DNA of 64,000 bases from Candidatus Poribacteria bacterium (GCA_965214095.1 OZ243938.1:1760001-1824000); one strand, 5' to 3'. Counted from the first letter of the stretch, positions 10,801 to 19,944 are shown. The notes: generated from the letters alone by a model not told the origin. A program made the numbers and translations.

Positions 10801-13528
10801 TGGGACAGATGCGGCAGCTTTCAGCATTGATAGAACAACCGGACAGTTAAAAACCAAAACGGCACTGGACTATGAAAGCAAACGTGTCTATCGGGTCACA
10901 ATCACTGTCTCTGATGGTAGTCTCACGGATACCATTACCGTCACTATCAACATCACGGATATAGATGAAACTGTTCCAAACCGCGCGCCTGTGTTCACGG
11001 AAGGCAGCACTGCGACCCGTTCTGTAGCAGAGAATACCGCAGCGGGACAACACATCGGCACGGCAGTGGCTGCCACGGATGCAGACGGCAACACCTTAGC
11101 TTATACTCTCGGTGGAACAGATGCTGTCTCATTTGGTATTGACAGAACCACTGGACACCTCAAAACCAAAGCAGCACTTGACTATGAAACCAAAACCACC
11201 TATACCGTGACTATCACCGTTTCCGATGGAACACTGACAGATACGATCACTGTTATCATCAACGTTACCGATGTTGATGATACACAACAACAACAACAAC
11301 AAATAGCTGCAGTGTGTCAAGTAGGAGATATCCTCGGTCCAGGTGAGAGTTGCACTTACCCCGACACAGATGCTGTTTTTTCTGTGCAAAACGATGGTGA
11401 ATCGAGATGGAATATCCCAAATTTACCACCGTTGCTCCAGTGGATAAACCAAGTCTCTATTGGCGGATCAATGCGTGTTTCCACTACTGTTAACGGTGTG
11501 GATTACCACATCGTTGCTGAACAGACAGGAAGTTCTTGGGAAATCAAAGAGATAGGCGATCAAGGCGTGCAAGAACCAGAAACACCACAATCTAACCCGC
11601 CTGGGACCACGCCTACGTTAACCGCATCCACTTCATCTACTCTGACAGAGGCGACGCTCCATGAAAACGTTGTCACCCTTACACTCAGTAATGGTTCCTA
11701 TGTGAGGTCAATCTTTGATATTCAAGATGCGGTGTCTGTCTCTGGGATAACCGGTGTCTCATACCCGTGGCACGACCCAGACAAAAAGAGCGACACTGAA
11801 CTCTCGCTTAAACTTGAGTTTGATGGAAACATGACCACAGATGGCACACTTACCTTCACCGTTGGGTCGGACGCTATACAAAACTACAGTGGTTCTGCAC
11901 TCACTGCAACAATATCTGTCTCCGCTACCACAGAGTCTATCACTGCTTCAACGTCGTCCGCGTTGACAGAAGCAACATTGGACGGGGCTAAAGTTACGCT
12001 GACACTTAGCGGTCGTAAGTTTGAACGTTCCATCTTTGATATTAGAGATGAAGTGTCTGTCTCTGGAATAACCGGTGTCACATTCCCGTGGCACGACCCA
12101 GACAGAAGCAGCGACACCGTTCTGACACTTAAACTTGAGTTTGATGGAGACATGACCACAAATGGCACCCTTACCTTTACTATCGGTGCGGATGCCATCG
12201 CGGGGTATAAAGGTTCTGATCTCACAGCACAAATCAATGTAACTGCGACTGGAGGCACATCAACACCTACACCCGCTAACAATGCCCCAGTATTCAGTGC
12301 TGGCACAACCGTCACTCGTTCTGTAGCAGAGAACACAGCATCTGGCACAAACATCGGCACGGCGGTATCAGCCACAGATTCAGATAACGATACGCTCACC
12401 TATACGCTCAGTGGTACAGATGCCTCCTCGTTTAGTATTGTTAGCACATCAGGGCAGCTCCAAACCAGCGCAGCGTTAGACTACGAAACGAAAAATACCT
12501 ACTCTGTTACCGTCTCAGTCTCCGATGGCAATGGCGGTAGTGATAGCATTACCGTCACTATCAATATCACAAACATAACTGAAACATCCACGGCAACGCT
12601 AAGCATAACCAGTTCAAGTTCTATCACAGAAGCAACGTTGCATGATGCTGTCATATCTCTGAATCTCAGTGGGTATACCTTTGAACGTGCATTCTGGGAT
12701 CTTGATGATGAGATATCTGTTTCTGGGATTACCGGTGTCAGTTACGACGATTTCTTTGATGTAGACCGCATAAGTAGTACTGAGGTACAGATTGAACTTT
12801 CGTTTGATGGCAATATGACAGAAGATGGAACGTTGACCTTTACTGTGAGTTCGGGTGCTATAGTTAATTATGATGGTTCTGCACTCACTGCAACACTATC
12901 TGTTTCTGCTGTCACAGAGTCCATCACTGCTTCAACGTCGTCCGCATTGACAGAAGCAACGTTGGACGGTACTGAGGTTACGCTGACACTTAGTGGTCGT
13001 AAGTTTGCACGTTCCATCTTTGATATTAGAGATGCGGTGTCTGTCTCTGGGATAACCGGTGTCACATTCCCGTGGCACGACCCAGACAAAAAGAGTGACA
13101 CTGAACTCTCGCTTAAACTCGAGTTTGATGGAGACATGACCACAAATGGCACCCTCACCTTTACTGTCGGTGCGGATGCAATAGCAGGATATAATGGACC
13201 TGATCTCACAGCGCAGGTAACAGTTACCGCAAGCGGCGGGAACGCGCTCGGGGCAAACTTCCCCAACCCGTTCAACCCAGAGACGTGGATACCGTATCAG
13301 TTGTCTAAATTTGCGGATGTCACATTGACGATCTATAATATGCGGGGTGTTGCTGTACGGAAGTTGATGTTGGGACATAAAGCTGCAGGGATATATCAGA
13401 ACCGTTCCCGTGCAGCGTATTGGGATGGTAAAAATGAGTTTGGCGAACCTGTAGCAAGTGGTGTGTATTTCTATATGCTCAAAGCAGGTGACTTCACCGC
13501 TACGCGCAAGATGTTAATACGGAAGTAA
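7880..13528 (+). CDS. giant secreted adhesin-like protein: 2 Cys-motif domains, 7 cadherin-like repeats, short LRR, jelly-roll-like domain, 4 'TEATL' repeats, T9SS-A-like CTD
   Basis: RBS AAGGAG; cadherin motifs NxAPVF..RSVAEN..ATDAD..LDYETK; LRR LTSLNLYNNQLSSLP; GSDDSIKVWLNG domain; tail NFPNPFNPETWIPY. No cohesin or dockerin. Confidence 0.88.
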   Translation: MMKTVFGKQKNLISILVTCLIMLMLHVTSFDAAPAAGGICQVGDTIAPGESCTYPDTTTEFSVNASGTGQFLFLSAANNLNLEDTTINGVTYTFVAKKLASGSWKIEQIGTDPGTTNTAPVFTDGTSTTRSVAENTAANTNIGTAIAATDADNDTLTYTLGGTDAASFGIVSTSGQLQTKAALDYETKTSYSVTITVSDGNSGSDSITVTINVTDVNETIIISSRFVPVADRTLEVRDAIVAAVPNVTDAAKVTKAQVAAITSLNLRNAGIIALKAGDFSGMTALTSLNLYNNQLSSLPNRIFEGLTSLTTVRLGRNAVDPLPFIVSLEKVADGEFKAVAPAVALFNIVLPITVTNGSVTGGATTVTIPRGSMVSDTLAVTRTAGTTAHVTVDIEAFPNLPHNHYGYTLAKSGNLPLIIIRGTNTAPVFTNGTSTTRSVAENTASNTNIGSPVSATDADRDTLTYRLGGIDASTFNIVSTSGQLQTKAALDYETKISYSVTVSVFDGNGGSNSIAVRINVTDVRENSAPVFTEGSTATRSVAENTAAGQHIGTAVAATDADGNTLAYTLGGTDAASFGIDRTTGHLKTKASLDYETKTTYTVTITVSDGTLTDTITVTINVTDITENRAPVFTESSTATRSVAENTAAGQHIGTAVAATDADGNTLAYTLGGTDAASFGIDRTTGHLKTKASLDYETKTTYTVTITVSDGTLTDTITVTINVTDVDESLDTPSESSYDHIEGPWLWMIAAGGNINTDNLSEASDGVITEAQIAQNGVNEDDHFNELQWTSGRLLPTTVCGIFLCSSDNVINVVRKIGLTNSNQLSYYSAYAFINIYSPRDQNNVLMGVGSDDSIKVWLNGSVVYKNDISRRTTGIQNRFRVNLNAGNNLLFVKVCNHGLPGFNDDWGMFFKIYLDTQDYTISLPMKDIENTAPVFTEGSSTARSVAENTVSGLGIGTAVSATDANNYTLTYSLGGTDAAAFSIDRTTGQLKTKTALDYESKRVYRVTITVSDGSLTDTITVTINITDIDETVPNRAPVFTEGSTATRSVAENTAAGQHIGTAVAATDADGNTLAYTLGGTDAVSFGIDRTTGHLKTKAALDYETKTTYTVTITVSDGTLTDTITVIINVTDVDDTQQQQQQIAAVCQVGDILGPGESCTYPDTDAVFSVQNDGESRWNIPNLPPLLQWINQVSIGGSMRVSTTVNGVDYHIVAEQTGSSWEIKEIGDQGVQEPETPQSNPPGTTPTLTASTSSTLTEATLHENVVTLTLSNGSYVRSIFDIQDAVSVSGITGVSYPWHDPDKKSDTELSLKLEFDGNMTTDGTLTFTVGSDAIQNYSGSALTATISVSATTESITASTSSALTEATLDGAKVTLTLSGRKFERSIFDIRDEVSVSGITGVTFPWHDPDRSSDTVLTLKLEFDGDMTTNGTLTFTIGADAIAGYKGSDLTAQINVTATGGTSTPTPANNAPVFSAGTTVTRSVAENTASGTNIGTAVSATDSDNDTLTYTLSGTDASSFSIVSTSGQLQTSAALDYETKNTYSVTVSVSDGNGGSDSITVTINITNITETSTATLSITSSSSITEATLHDAVISLNLSGYTFERAFWDLDDEISVSGITGVSYDDFFDVDRISSTEVQIELSFDGNMTEDGTLTFTVSSGAIVNYDGSALTATLSVSAVTESITASTSSALTEATLDGTEVTLTLSGRKFARSIFDIRDAVSVSGITGVTFPWHDPDKKSDTELSLKLEFDGDMTTNGTLTFTVGADAIAGYNGPDLTAQVTVTASGGNALGANFPNPFNPETWIPYQLSKFADVTLTIYNMRGVAVRKLMLGHKAAGIYQNRSRAAYWDGKNEFGEPVASGVYFYMLKAGDFTATRKMLIRK
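9461..10050 (+). repeat. near-identical 303-bp tandem cadherin-coding repeats (third copy ~10984-11272)
   Basis: GCGCCTGTGTTCACGGAA... begins at 9461 and 9764 (period 303 nt = 101 aa) and is almost identical at DNA level. Confidence 0.9.
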
Positions 13529-13607
13529 ATTTGTCCAAACTCAGGTGGTTTCTGTGTTATTCACACAATCACAGAGACCACCCTCTCACAATAAGGTCAA
13601 AGAACTC

Positions 13608-15884
13608 ATGAAAACAACACTATATCTTACACTCACACTAATCACTTTTGTAACACTTGCATTTGTACCGGGCAGTTTCGCACAAGACGACTCACCCGAA
13701 TATGTTGTGCGGACAATCTACTTTCTTCCAAACGACAGGGAACCTCAACCAGATATAGACACAAAATTGGATACACTAATGAAGGACGCACAGCAATTAT
13801 ATGCCGACGTGATGGAATCCCATGGATTCGACAGAAAAACTTTTCAGCTTGAAACGGATGAGAACAGTAAAGTTATAGTTCATCATGTCAATGGCGAGTC
13901 CAATGATACATATTATCATAATGGAACTTTCAGTAAGGTCATAGATGAACTCAGTCCAAAATTTGATACGTCAAATAACATCTATTTTGTAGCAATAGAT
14001 ATTAGTAGTGAAAAATTTGATGTTGACCGACCCAATAGTCATATATGTGGAATCTCTGGTGGAAAATGGGCAGCTACCCCCGCATCTGGGGTTTGCTTTA
14101 ACTATAGGGTTATTGCTCATGAACTTGGGCATAACTTTGGATTGTCTCATGACAAGATCAACTATTCTTATATTGAGGCAATGATTGATTCTTTATGTAG
14201 TGCTGAGTGGTTAGATGTCCAACCCTATTTCAACGAAGAAAGCCAAACTAATTTCATTGAACCTACAACGGTTAATATGCTGACTCCAAGTCGTGCACCA
14301 TCATCAAACGCCGTTCGATTTAGTTTTGAAGTGCGCGATCCTGATGGACTCCATCAGGCACAATTGTATATACCATTTCTTGATAGTGTAGTTGCTTGTA
14401 AACGATTAAACAGCCAGAGCACCATCGTCGAATTTGACACGACCTATGTGGCATCAGACCTTAACTCTGTGGGCCTTAAAGTTATAGATGTAGACGGAAA
14501 TCACACATATCATCATTTTCAGATTGATATTTCTGAATTCCTACTACCACCTAAAAAGGTAACAATACCGGATGCAACTTTAGCTGCAGCAATCCGAGCA
14601 TACACCCGCCTTCCACCAAATGCAGACATTACAACCGATACAATGGTGCGATTAACAAGATTGTTTAGAATATCAGATGATTTAATAACAGATATCACCG
14701 GTCTTGAACATGCAACCAATTTAATAAGTTTATCTTTATCTCATCCGAATTCTTTATCATCTCACCCGGATGAAATAACGGATTTCTCGGCTTTGAGTGG
14801 ATTAAGAGAACTGAGATCACTGGGGCTTGCTCGCCTTGGTATCTCTGATCTATCTGATTTATCCGTGCTATCAACGTCAACGAAACTGCAAACGCTATAC
14901 CTTCAGAATAATGCTATTAAGGACATATCCGTATTGGCAGGATTAACAAACTTAGAAATATTGGAACTGTGGAATAACAATATCAACAATATCACACCGA
15001 TAGCGGGATTGACCAATTTGACTTACTTAGACCTTAATGGTAATCAAATTAGTGATATCACACCACTCAGAGGATTGACCAATTTGACTTACTTAAGCCT
15101 TAGTAGTAATCGAATTAGTGATATCACACCGCTTACAGAATTAACGAATTTGACTTACTTAAGCCTTAGTAGTAATCGAATTAGTGATATCACACTACTC
15201 ACTAAATTAACGAAATTGCGAAAATTATTCCTTGTTGGAATTAGAATTAGTGACATCACACTAATTTCAGAATTAACGAATTTACGAGAATTAGCACTGG
15301 TGAGTGCTGAAATTAGTGACATCACACCACTTGCAAAGTTGCATAATTTAGAGAGGTTACAACTTCAGGATAATCGAATTAGTGACGTTAGCCCACTTAT
15401 TGAACTCGTAAACCTTAAAGAATTATATCTAATGGACAACCCAATTAAGAACCGAAAACCCCTTCTTGCACTCTTGCGAAAGAATCCAGATATCAAAATC
15501 TATCTCAAAAATAGTCGTGAACCGTTGCCTGTAACCTTATCCCATTTCCGAGCAGAACACACCGAAGCAGGCGTTCTCCTCAAATGGACAACCGAATCTG
15601 AGGTAGACAACGCAGGCTTCTACATCTACCGCAGCAAAACGAAGAATGGCGAGTTCAAGGTCGTCAATCCGACCCTGATACAAGGTGCTGGCACAACGGG
15701 TGAACGCAACGAGTATTCGTGGACAGATACTACTGCTAAACCGAACACTGTCTACTATTATCGGATAGAGGATGTCTCACATGCGGGTGTGCGGGAACAG
15801 TTAGCCACTGTTCGGTTGAGAGGGCTTATATCTGCAAAGGGTAAACTCACGACAAGATGGGCAGATTTGAAAGCAGAGAGATAA
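13608..15884 (+). CDS. secreted zinc metallopeptidase (metzincin motif) + internalin-like LRRs + C-terminal Ig/FN3-like domain ending in KLTTRWADLK
   Basis: Start placed at MKTTLY (signal peptide); HELGHNFGLSH = HExxHxxGxxH; ~11 22-aa LRRs; PLPVTLSHF domain; GKLTTRWADLK tail. Confidence 0.85.
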   Translation: MKTTLYLTLTLITFVTLAFVPGSFAQDDSPEYVVRTIYFLPNDREPQPDIDTKLDTLMKDAQQLYADVMESHGFDRKTFQLETDENSKVIVHHVNGESNDTYYHNGTFSKVIDELSPKFDTSNNIYFVAIDISSEKFDVDRPNSHICGISGGKWAATPASGVCFNYRVIAHELGHNFGLSHDKINYSYIEAMIDSLCSAEWLDVQPYFNEESQTNFIEPTTVNMLTPSRAPSSNAVRFSFEVRDPDGLHQAQLYIPFLDSVVACKRLNSQSTIVEFDTTYVASDLNSVGLKVIDVDGNHTYHHFQIDISEFLLPPKKVTIPDATLAAAIRAYTRLPPNADITTDTMVRLTRLFRISDDLITDITGLEHATNLISLSLSHPNSLSSHPDEITDFSALSGLRELRSLGLARLGISDLSDLSVLSTSTKLQTLYLQNNAIKDISVLAGLTNLEILELWNNNINNITPIAGLTNLTYLDLNGNQISDITPLRGLTNLTYLSLSSNRISDITPLTELTNLTYLSLSSNRISDITLLTKLTKLRKLFLVGIRISDITLISELTNLRELALVSAEISDITPLAKLHNLERLQLQDNRISDVSPLIELVNLKELYLMDNPIKNRKPLLALLRKNPDIKIYLKNSREPLPVTLSHFRAEHTEAGVLLKWTTESEVDNAGFYIYRSKTKNGEFKVVNPTLIQGAGTTGERNEYSWTDTTAKPNTVYYYRIEDVSHAGVREQLATVRLRGLISAKGKLTTRWADLKAER

Positions 15885-15886
15885 TT

Positions 15887-15966
15887 CCTGTGGCAAGTGG
15901 ACTCTATTCTACACACTCACCACAAGAGATTTTTCGGCTACGCGGAAGATGTTGATACGGAAGTAG
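15887..15966 (+). pseudogene. orphan 3' fragment of a T9SS-A-like CTD
   Basis: With one 1-nt frameshift it reads PVASGLY(F)YTLTTRDFSATRKMLIRK*, matching the ends of the four upstream genes; followed by the same hairpin as at 7804. Confidence 0.85.
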
Positions 15967-16080
15967 TATTTCACAAAACATGGAAGGGTGGAAAATAACA
16001 CCCTTCCATTCAACTAAAAGCTGGATGGCTGGCTGCCATCTCTGACATTCCTGAACATTTACGGCAAAGGAGTATAACTC

Positions 16081-17574
16081 ATGAAAGTCTTGAAATTTGC
16101 TTGGCTATCTGTTCTATTGTTGATGGTTTTATGTCTCAGTTGCAAACCAGTAGAAACTGGACAGGTGGAATTTGAAAAAATGTTAGAACATCCCGAAGAA
16201 CATTGGTATGACTTGAAAAGGATGGGAATGAAATATGGACACATACGCATATATCTCGAAAAAGTCCAGTATAAAGGAAAGGAAATGATTCGAAGTAGAA
16301 TGGACATAGTGATGCGAACTAATGATTTTGGAAAAGAAACAAAAATTGAGACGAAACGAATTCAGTACTTGGATTCCAATTTTGCGCTTCGCTATTTTGT
16401 ATTTACCTCTAATGCATCTGGAGCGATGCAAGTTGAAGGAACAATTAGAGATAGTGTCGCATACATCACGACAACACTAAATGGTGAAACAACCGAATCA
16501 GAAGTTGCTGTCCCTGATGATACGCTCTCCGATATCGTCGTAGTAAACTATTTGTTATCCAACGGCAAAATGAATATTGGTAAAAAACTCAAATATCACA
16601 AGTTCGATTTAGACCTTTTGCAACCCATTAAAACAGAACTCCTCGTTGTGGAGGAAGCAAGTCTAACGTATCAATCTGAAAAAAAACAGGTCTATATTTT
16701 GGAAGAAAAGATGGACATTCTAGGCGGTATTAACAGTCGCCTGTGGGTTGCCAGTAACGGAATAATGTATAAAGCTGAAACAGATATGTCGGGAGTATCT
16801 ATAGTGATAACGAAAACAGATAGGGAAACAGCACTTGGTGCTGTTGAACTAGTTAATATGTCCTTAGGTAATCGTATCATCCCCACTGGTAAAAAACCGA
16901 AACAGGGAGCATCCAGATTTGTGGCGAATTTACAACTTTCAAAAGGCAGCCTCAAAAATACTATCATGACAAACAGTCGCCAAAAACTTGAATTGAATTC
17001 TGAACGTTCCGGTACTCTTTCTATTGAGATTCCGAAAGTTATGGAAGAAGATTGTGTTAATTTACCGATTGAGAATCCGGAGTTTCAGACTTTTCTTTCG
17101 GCAACTGTATTTATCGAAGCAGCCCATCCGGATATACGTGCAAAAGCAGTTGAAATATTAGATGGGGAAGTAAATTCATGGCGGGCATCAAAAAAGTTAT
17201 GTAAATGGGTTTACAAATCTATTGATCGGAAAGTTGTGAATTCCGGTTGGAGTTCTGCACTAAAAACTCTTGAATCGCTTACCGGAGATAACATAGGAAA
17301 CACTGTCCTACTGATAGCGATGGCACGTTCAGTCGGAATTCCTGCACGCATCTGTTCGGGACTGATATTCTTGGATGGAATATTTTATTATCATATTTGG
17401 CCAGAGGTGTACGTCGGAACATGGATCCAAATGGACCCCGCAGTCGGGCAAATTATCGCTGACCCTCTTCATATACAACTTCATGGAAGCATTTTAGAAT
17501 CTGGCACCATGAATGAATTCACGGAAGGGTCTTTGCGCACTCTGAATCAACTTGAAATTGAAATTGTTGAATGA
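16081..17574 (+). CDS. lipoprotein with transglutaminase-like C-terminal domain lacking the catalytic Cys
   Basis: RBS AAGGAG; lipobox-like LCLSC; TGase-like core GDNIGNTVLLIAMARSVGIPAR...YHIWPEVY...MDP. Confidence 0.8.
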   Translation: MKVLKFAWLSVLLLMVLCLSCKPVETGQVEFEKMLEHPEEHWYDLKRMGMKYGHIRIYLEKVQYKGKEMIRSRMDIVMRTNDFGKETKIETKRIQYLDSNFALRYFVFTSNASGAMQVEGTIRDSVAYITTTLNGETTESEVAVPDDTLSDIVVVNYLLSNGKMNIGKKLKYHKFDLDLLQPIKTELLVVEEASLTYQSEKKQVYILEEKMDILGGINSRLWVASNGIMYKAETDMSGVSIVITKTDRETALGAVELVNMSLGNRIIPTGKKPKQGASRFVANLQLSKGSLKNTIMTNSRQKLELNSERSGTLSIEIPKVMEEDCVNLPIENPEFQTFLSATVFIEAAHPDIRAKAVEILDGEVNSWRASKKLCKWVYKSIDRKVVNSGWSSALKTLESLTGDNIGNTVLLIAMARSVGIPARICSGLIFLDGIFYYHIWPEVYVGTWIQMDPAVGQIIADPLHIQLHGSILESGTMNEFTEGSLRTLNQLEIEIVE

Positions 17575-17690
17575 GGATTGAAAGGTTTTAGATTAACATC
17601 GTGCCATCGAATTCTCTTTTTCGTTTAGAAGGATGTTATATCACAATCTTATCTTTGACAGTGGTCTGAATTTCCGATGGCAGTACAATC

Positions 17691-17768
17691 AGTTATATTA
17701 GCCTTTATATTAGTTGTAATAATAATTAAAAAAGATTAGTCTAAATATAACTTATATGTTATAATGTC
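17691..17768 (+). promoter_or_regulatory. 78-bp AT-rich promoter module, copy 1
   Basis: Ungapped match (5 mismatches, hand aligned) to the reverse complement of 22031-22108; ends in extended -10 TGTTATAAT upstream of a signal-peptide ORF. Confidence 0.7.
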
Positions 17769-17781
17769 TAAGGAAAACTTA

Positions 17782-18003
17782 ATGATGAAAACAACTTTGG
17801 TTTCTACATTTATATTATTCATATTTTCACTTTTCACTTTTCTGCCGCAGGCTGCTTTCAACGATATTTCTAAGAAAAATATCAAAAAAGTAGTGATTTC
17901 TAAGAAAAATAGAGAAGCAAAAGTGTTTACAAACCATAACTTTCACCTGTTTGGAAATCCTAACAGGATGAAACTGTCCAACTATAGTTATAGTGAATTC
18001 TAA
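17782..18003 (+). pseudogene. signal-peptide-only remnant of a secreted protein gene
   Basis: RBS AAGGA + MMKTTLVSTFILFIFSLF; the rest is low complexity and its stop lies inside the repeat element starting at 17989. Confidence 0.5.
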
Positions 18004-18090
18004 ATATAAGTTGACACGTTCGTCCTATGGTAGTCGAGGTTTCCTAACCTCACTGATATAGAGTGTTCAAGTTCTTTCAAATTCTATTTA
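17989..18090 (-). repeat. TATAGT-shell/REP core A element (degenerate copy)
   Basis: Reverse complement of the 103-bp element at 28621; shares a TA with the adjacent element at 18089. Confidence 0.8.
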
Positions 18091-18225
18091 TGGTAAAACT
18101 TACAATTAATGAGACATATTGTCCCAATTACTTATTTATATAATGTCCGAGGCGCAATGAATTGCGCGACTACAAACGCGTTTTTCTAAATGTAAAGTGT
18201 ATTGTTAATTTTAAATTTCACTATA
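18089..18225. repeat. TATRGT...ACTATA shell with REP core B
   Basis: Termini TATGGT/ACTATA; hairpin GCGCAATGAATTGCGC + GACTAC at 18152-18173, identical core at 24389-24410. Confidence 0.75.
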
Positions 18226-18257
18226 TAATATTACAATATTGTTCAAAGGAGTTACCA

Positions 18258-18833
18258 ATGAGAAAAAAGCAAGATTTTATCATTGTAAAAGCCATATTTC
18301 TACTATTGATTAGTATTTCTATCACATTAATGGGTTGTGAGAGAATGCAACAACAGACAGGAATTATTCCAACCCCACCTGAAAAACAAGCGAACGCAAC
18401 GATTGGCTCATCAAATGAAAGTGGAATAACCGGAGAAGCAGTTTTCACGCAAAACGGCGACCAAATCACGCTCATGATTGATATTCAAGGCGCATCCTCC
18501 GGTCTTCACGCCGTTCATATACACGAACACGGTGATTGCAGTGCACCCGATGGCACATCCGCTGGAGGTCATTGGAATCCCACAGGTGTTGCGCACGGCA
18601 AATGGGGAGAAGGTGAGTTTCATCTTGGGGACATCGGGAATATTAACGTCGGAGATGATGGAATGGATAGCATTTCATTAACCACTGATCTCTGGGAAAT
18701 CGGCACAGGTTCAGACATTGATGTTGTCGGGAAAAGCATTATTGTCCATGCTGGTGCTGACGACTTCACCTCACAACCTTCTGGTGCTGCGGGCATGCGT
18801 ATCGGTTGCGGTGTAATTGAATTATCAGAATAA
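18258..18833 (+). CDS. sodC: Cu/Zn superoxide dismutase, lipoprotein
   Basis: HAVHIHEHGDC, SAGGHWNP, HLGDIGNI, SIIVHAGADD, RIGCGVI; lipobox LMGC; RBS AAGGAG before ATG 18258. Confidence 0.93.
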   Translation: MRKKQDFIIVKAIFLLLISISITLMGCERMQQQTGIIPTPPEKQANATIGSSNESGITGEAVFTQNGDQITLMIDIQGASSGLHAVHIHEHGDCSAPDGTSAGGHWNPTGVAHGKWGEGEFHLGDIGNINVGDDGMDSISLTTDLWEIGTGSDIDVVGKSIIVHAGADDFTSQPSGAAGMRIGCGVIELSE

Positions 18834-18915
18834 CTGCAATAGTCCTTACTTTACTTTTCAAGGATGTCATGCTGGATTCGGGGGCTTGGACAGACAGCAG
18901 GACACCTTAAATTAC

Positions 18916-19018
18916 TATGGTGAAGTATAAAATTATATTTACACTTTCATCCGACGGTAGGCGAGGTTTCCTATCCTCGCCGGTGTAGAGTGTTCAAGTA
19001 ATTTCAAAATCTACTATA
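18916..19018 (-). repeat. 103-bp TATAGT-shell/REP core A element
   Basis: GGTAGGCGAGGTTTCCTATCCTCGCC core; reverse complement of the 28621/34355/50237 copies. Confidence 0.88.
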
Positions 19019-19034
19019 ATATAAGGAGTTAAAA

Positions 19035-19435
19035 ATGTTTAGATTTAGTTATGTATGCTGAATCTTAACGATTCTGATCTGTTGTTTGCCTTCATATCAT
19101 GTGATGAAGCGAAGCAAATGATGGATCCAGTCATGCCGGTTGATGACATGAAGGAAACACCTGAACCGACACCGGCGGTAGAAACGCCTGATCCTCCACC
19201 AGTGGTAGAAACACCTGTAACTGGATTGCAGGAATCAATAATCGCAACTACAACTAACCCGTTGACAGAGGTGACATTGCATGAAAGCGTTGTTACAATC
19301 ACACTCAACAATAGAAGATTTGCAAGTTCTATTTTTGACATTAGAGATGCCGTATCGGTGTCTGGCATTGATGGTGTCACTATACCTTGGCACGAACCTG
19401 AACGAGAAAGTGATACATATGCAATCGATATTTAA
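19035..19435 (+). pseudogene. degraded lipoprotein carrying a truncated 'TEATL' repeat
   Basis: RBS AAGGAG + ATG 19035, TGA at 19059, frameshift into LLFAFISC lipobox, Pro-rich linker, then PLTEVTLHESVVTITL..RRFASSIFDIRD..PWHEP, truncated. Confidence 0.75.
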
Positions 19436-19944
19436 ATCTGTTAGGCTTTGCCGGCAGGAGCAAGTAAAAAAGTCCTGCAACATTGTCCTGTGTGGAGACG
19501 AAAAACTCACACTTCTATGATTTCATCATAGATCCCCTAACATCCTGCGGGGAGATGTAAAACCCCCGCACTCACAACATCAAGAGATAAAACGGATCTG
19601 AAGATGACATTTTCAGAATACCTATTGAAGTTGGTTTGCCATGACGCTTAGAAAAATGATCCTCATTACAATGTATACGAACAACGCCTTTTTGTTTGGA
19701 CTGAGTTATGATTTATAGGTTTGCGGCTGTAACAAAAACTTGCATACCTCGCCGTGGCAGAGGCGTTTTAAAATATCTGCCACAAACGGACGACCACACA
19801 TATTTGCTTATCACGTCCTCTTCCCTAATGATAAACAAATTTGTGTCATTGTCTGTCGTCTTGCAGGGAGACGCTAAACCCCGTTCTTATTGGATATAGG
19901 TGTTCGTATTATGAGAAAATCTAGAAGTTATAGGCTCTTTATAG

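Noticed and set aside
11285-11302. (CAA)6 as a phase-variation switch
   Set aside because: A triplet unit keeps the frame and only changes linker length.
1-13240. Diversity-generating retroelement as the source of loop variation
   Set aside because: Loops differ in length and at all four bases, not only at adenines; no reverse transcriptase or template repeat is in the window.
2374-13378. Many antisense ORFs over the adhesin genes and elsewhere
   Set aside because: Shadow frames of repetitive coding sequence with no independent motifs or RBS.
17602-17682. Isolated inverted repeats TGCCATCG..CGATGGCA (similarly 23887-23950)
   Set aside because: Single copies in this window with no GTAG core; cannot be told apart from terminator-like or chance hairpins.
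19059-19061. In-frame TGA as selenocysteine or recoding
   Set aside because: It lies in a signal peptide followed by a frameshift and truncation; other genes here use TGA as stop.
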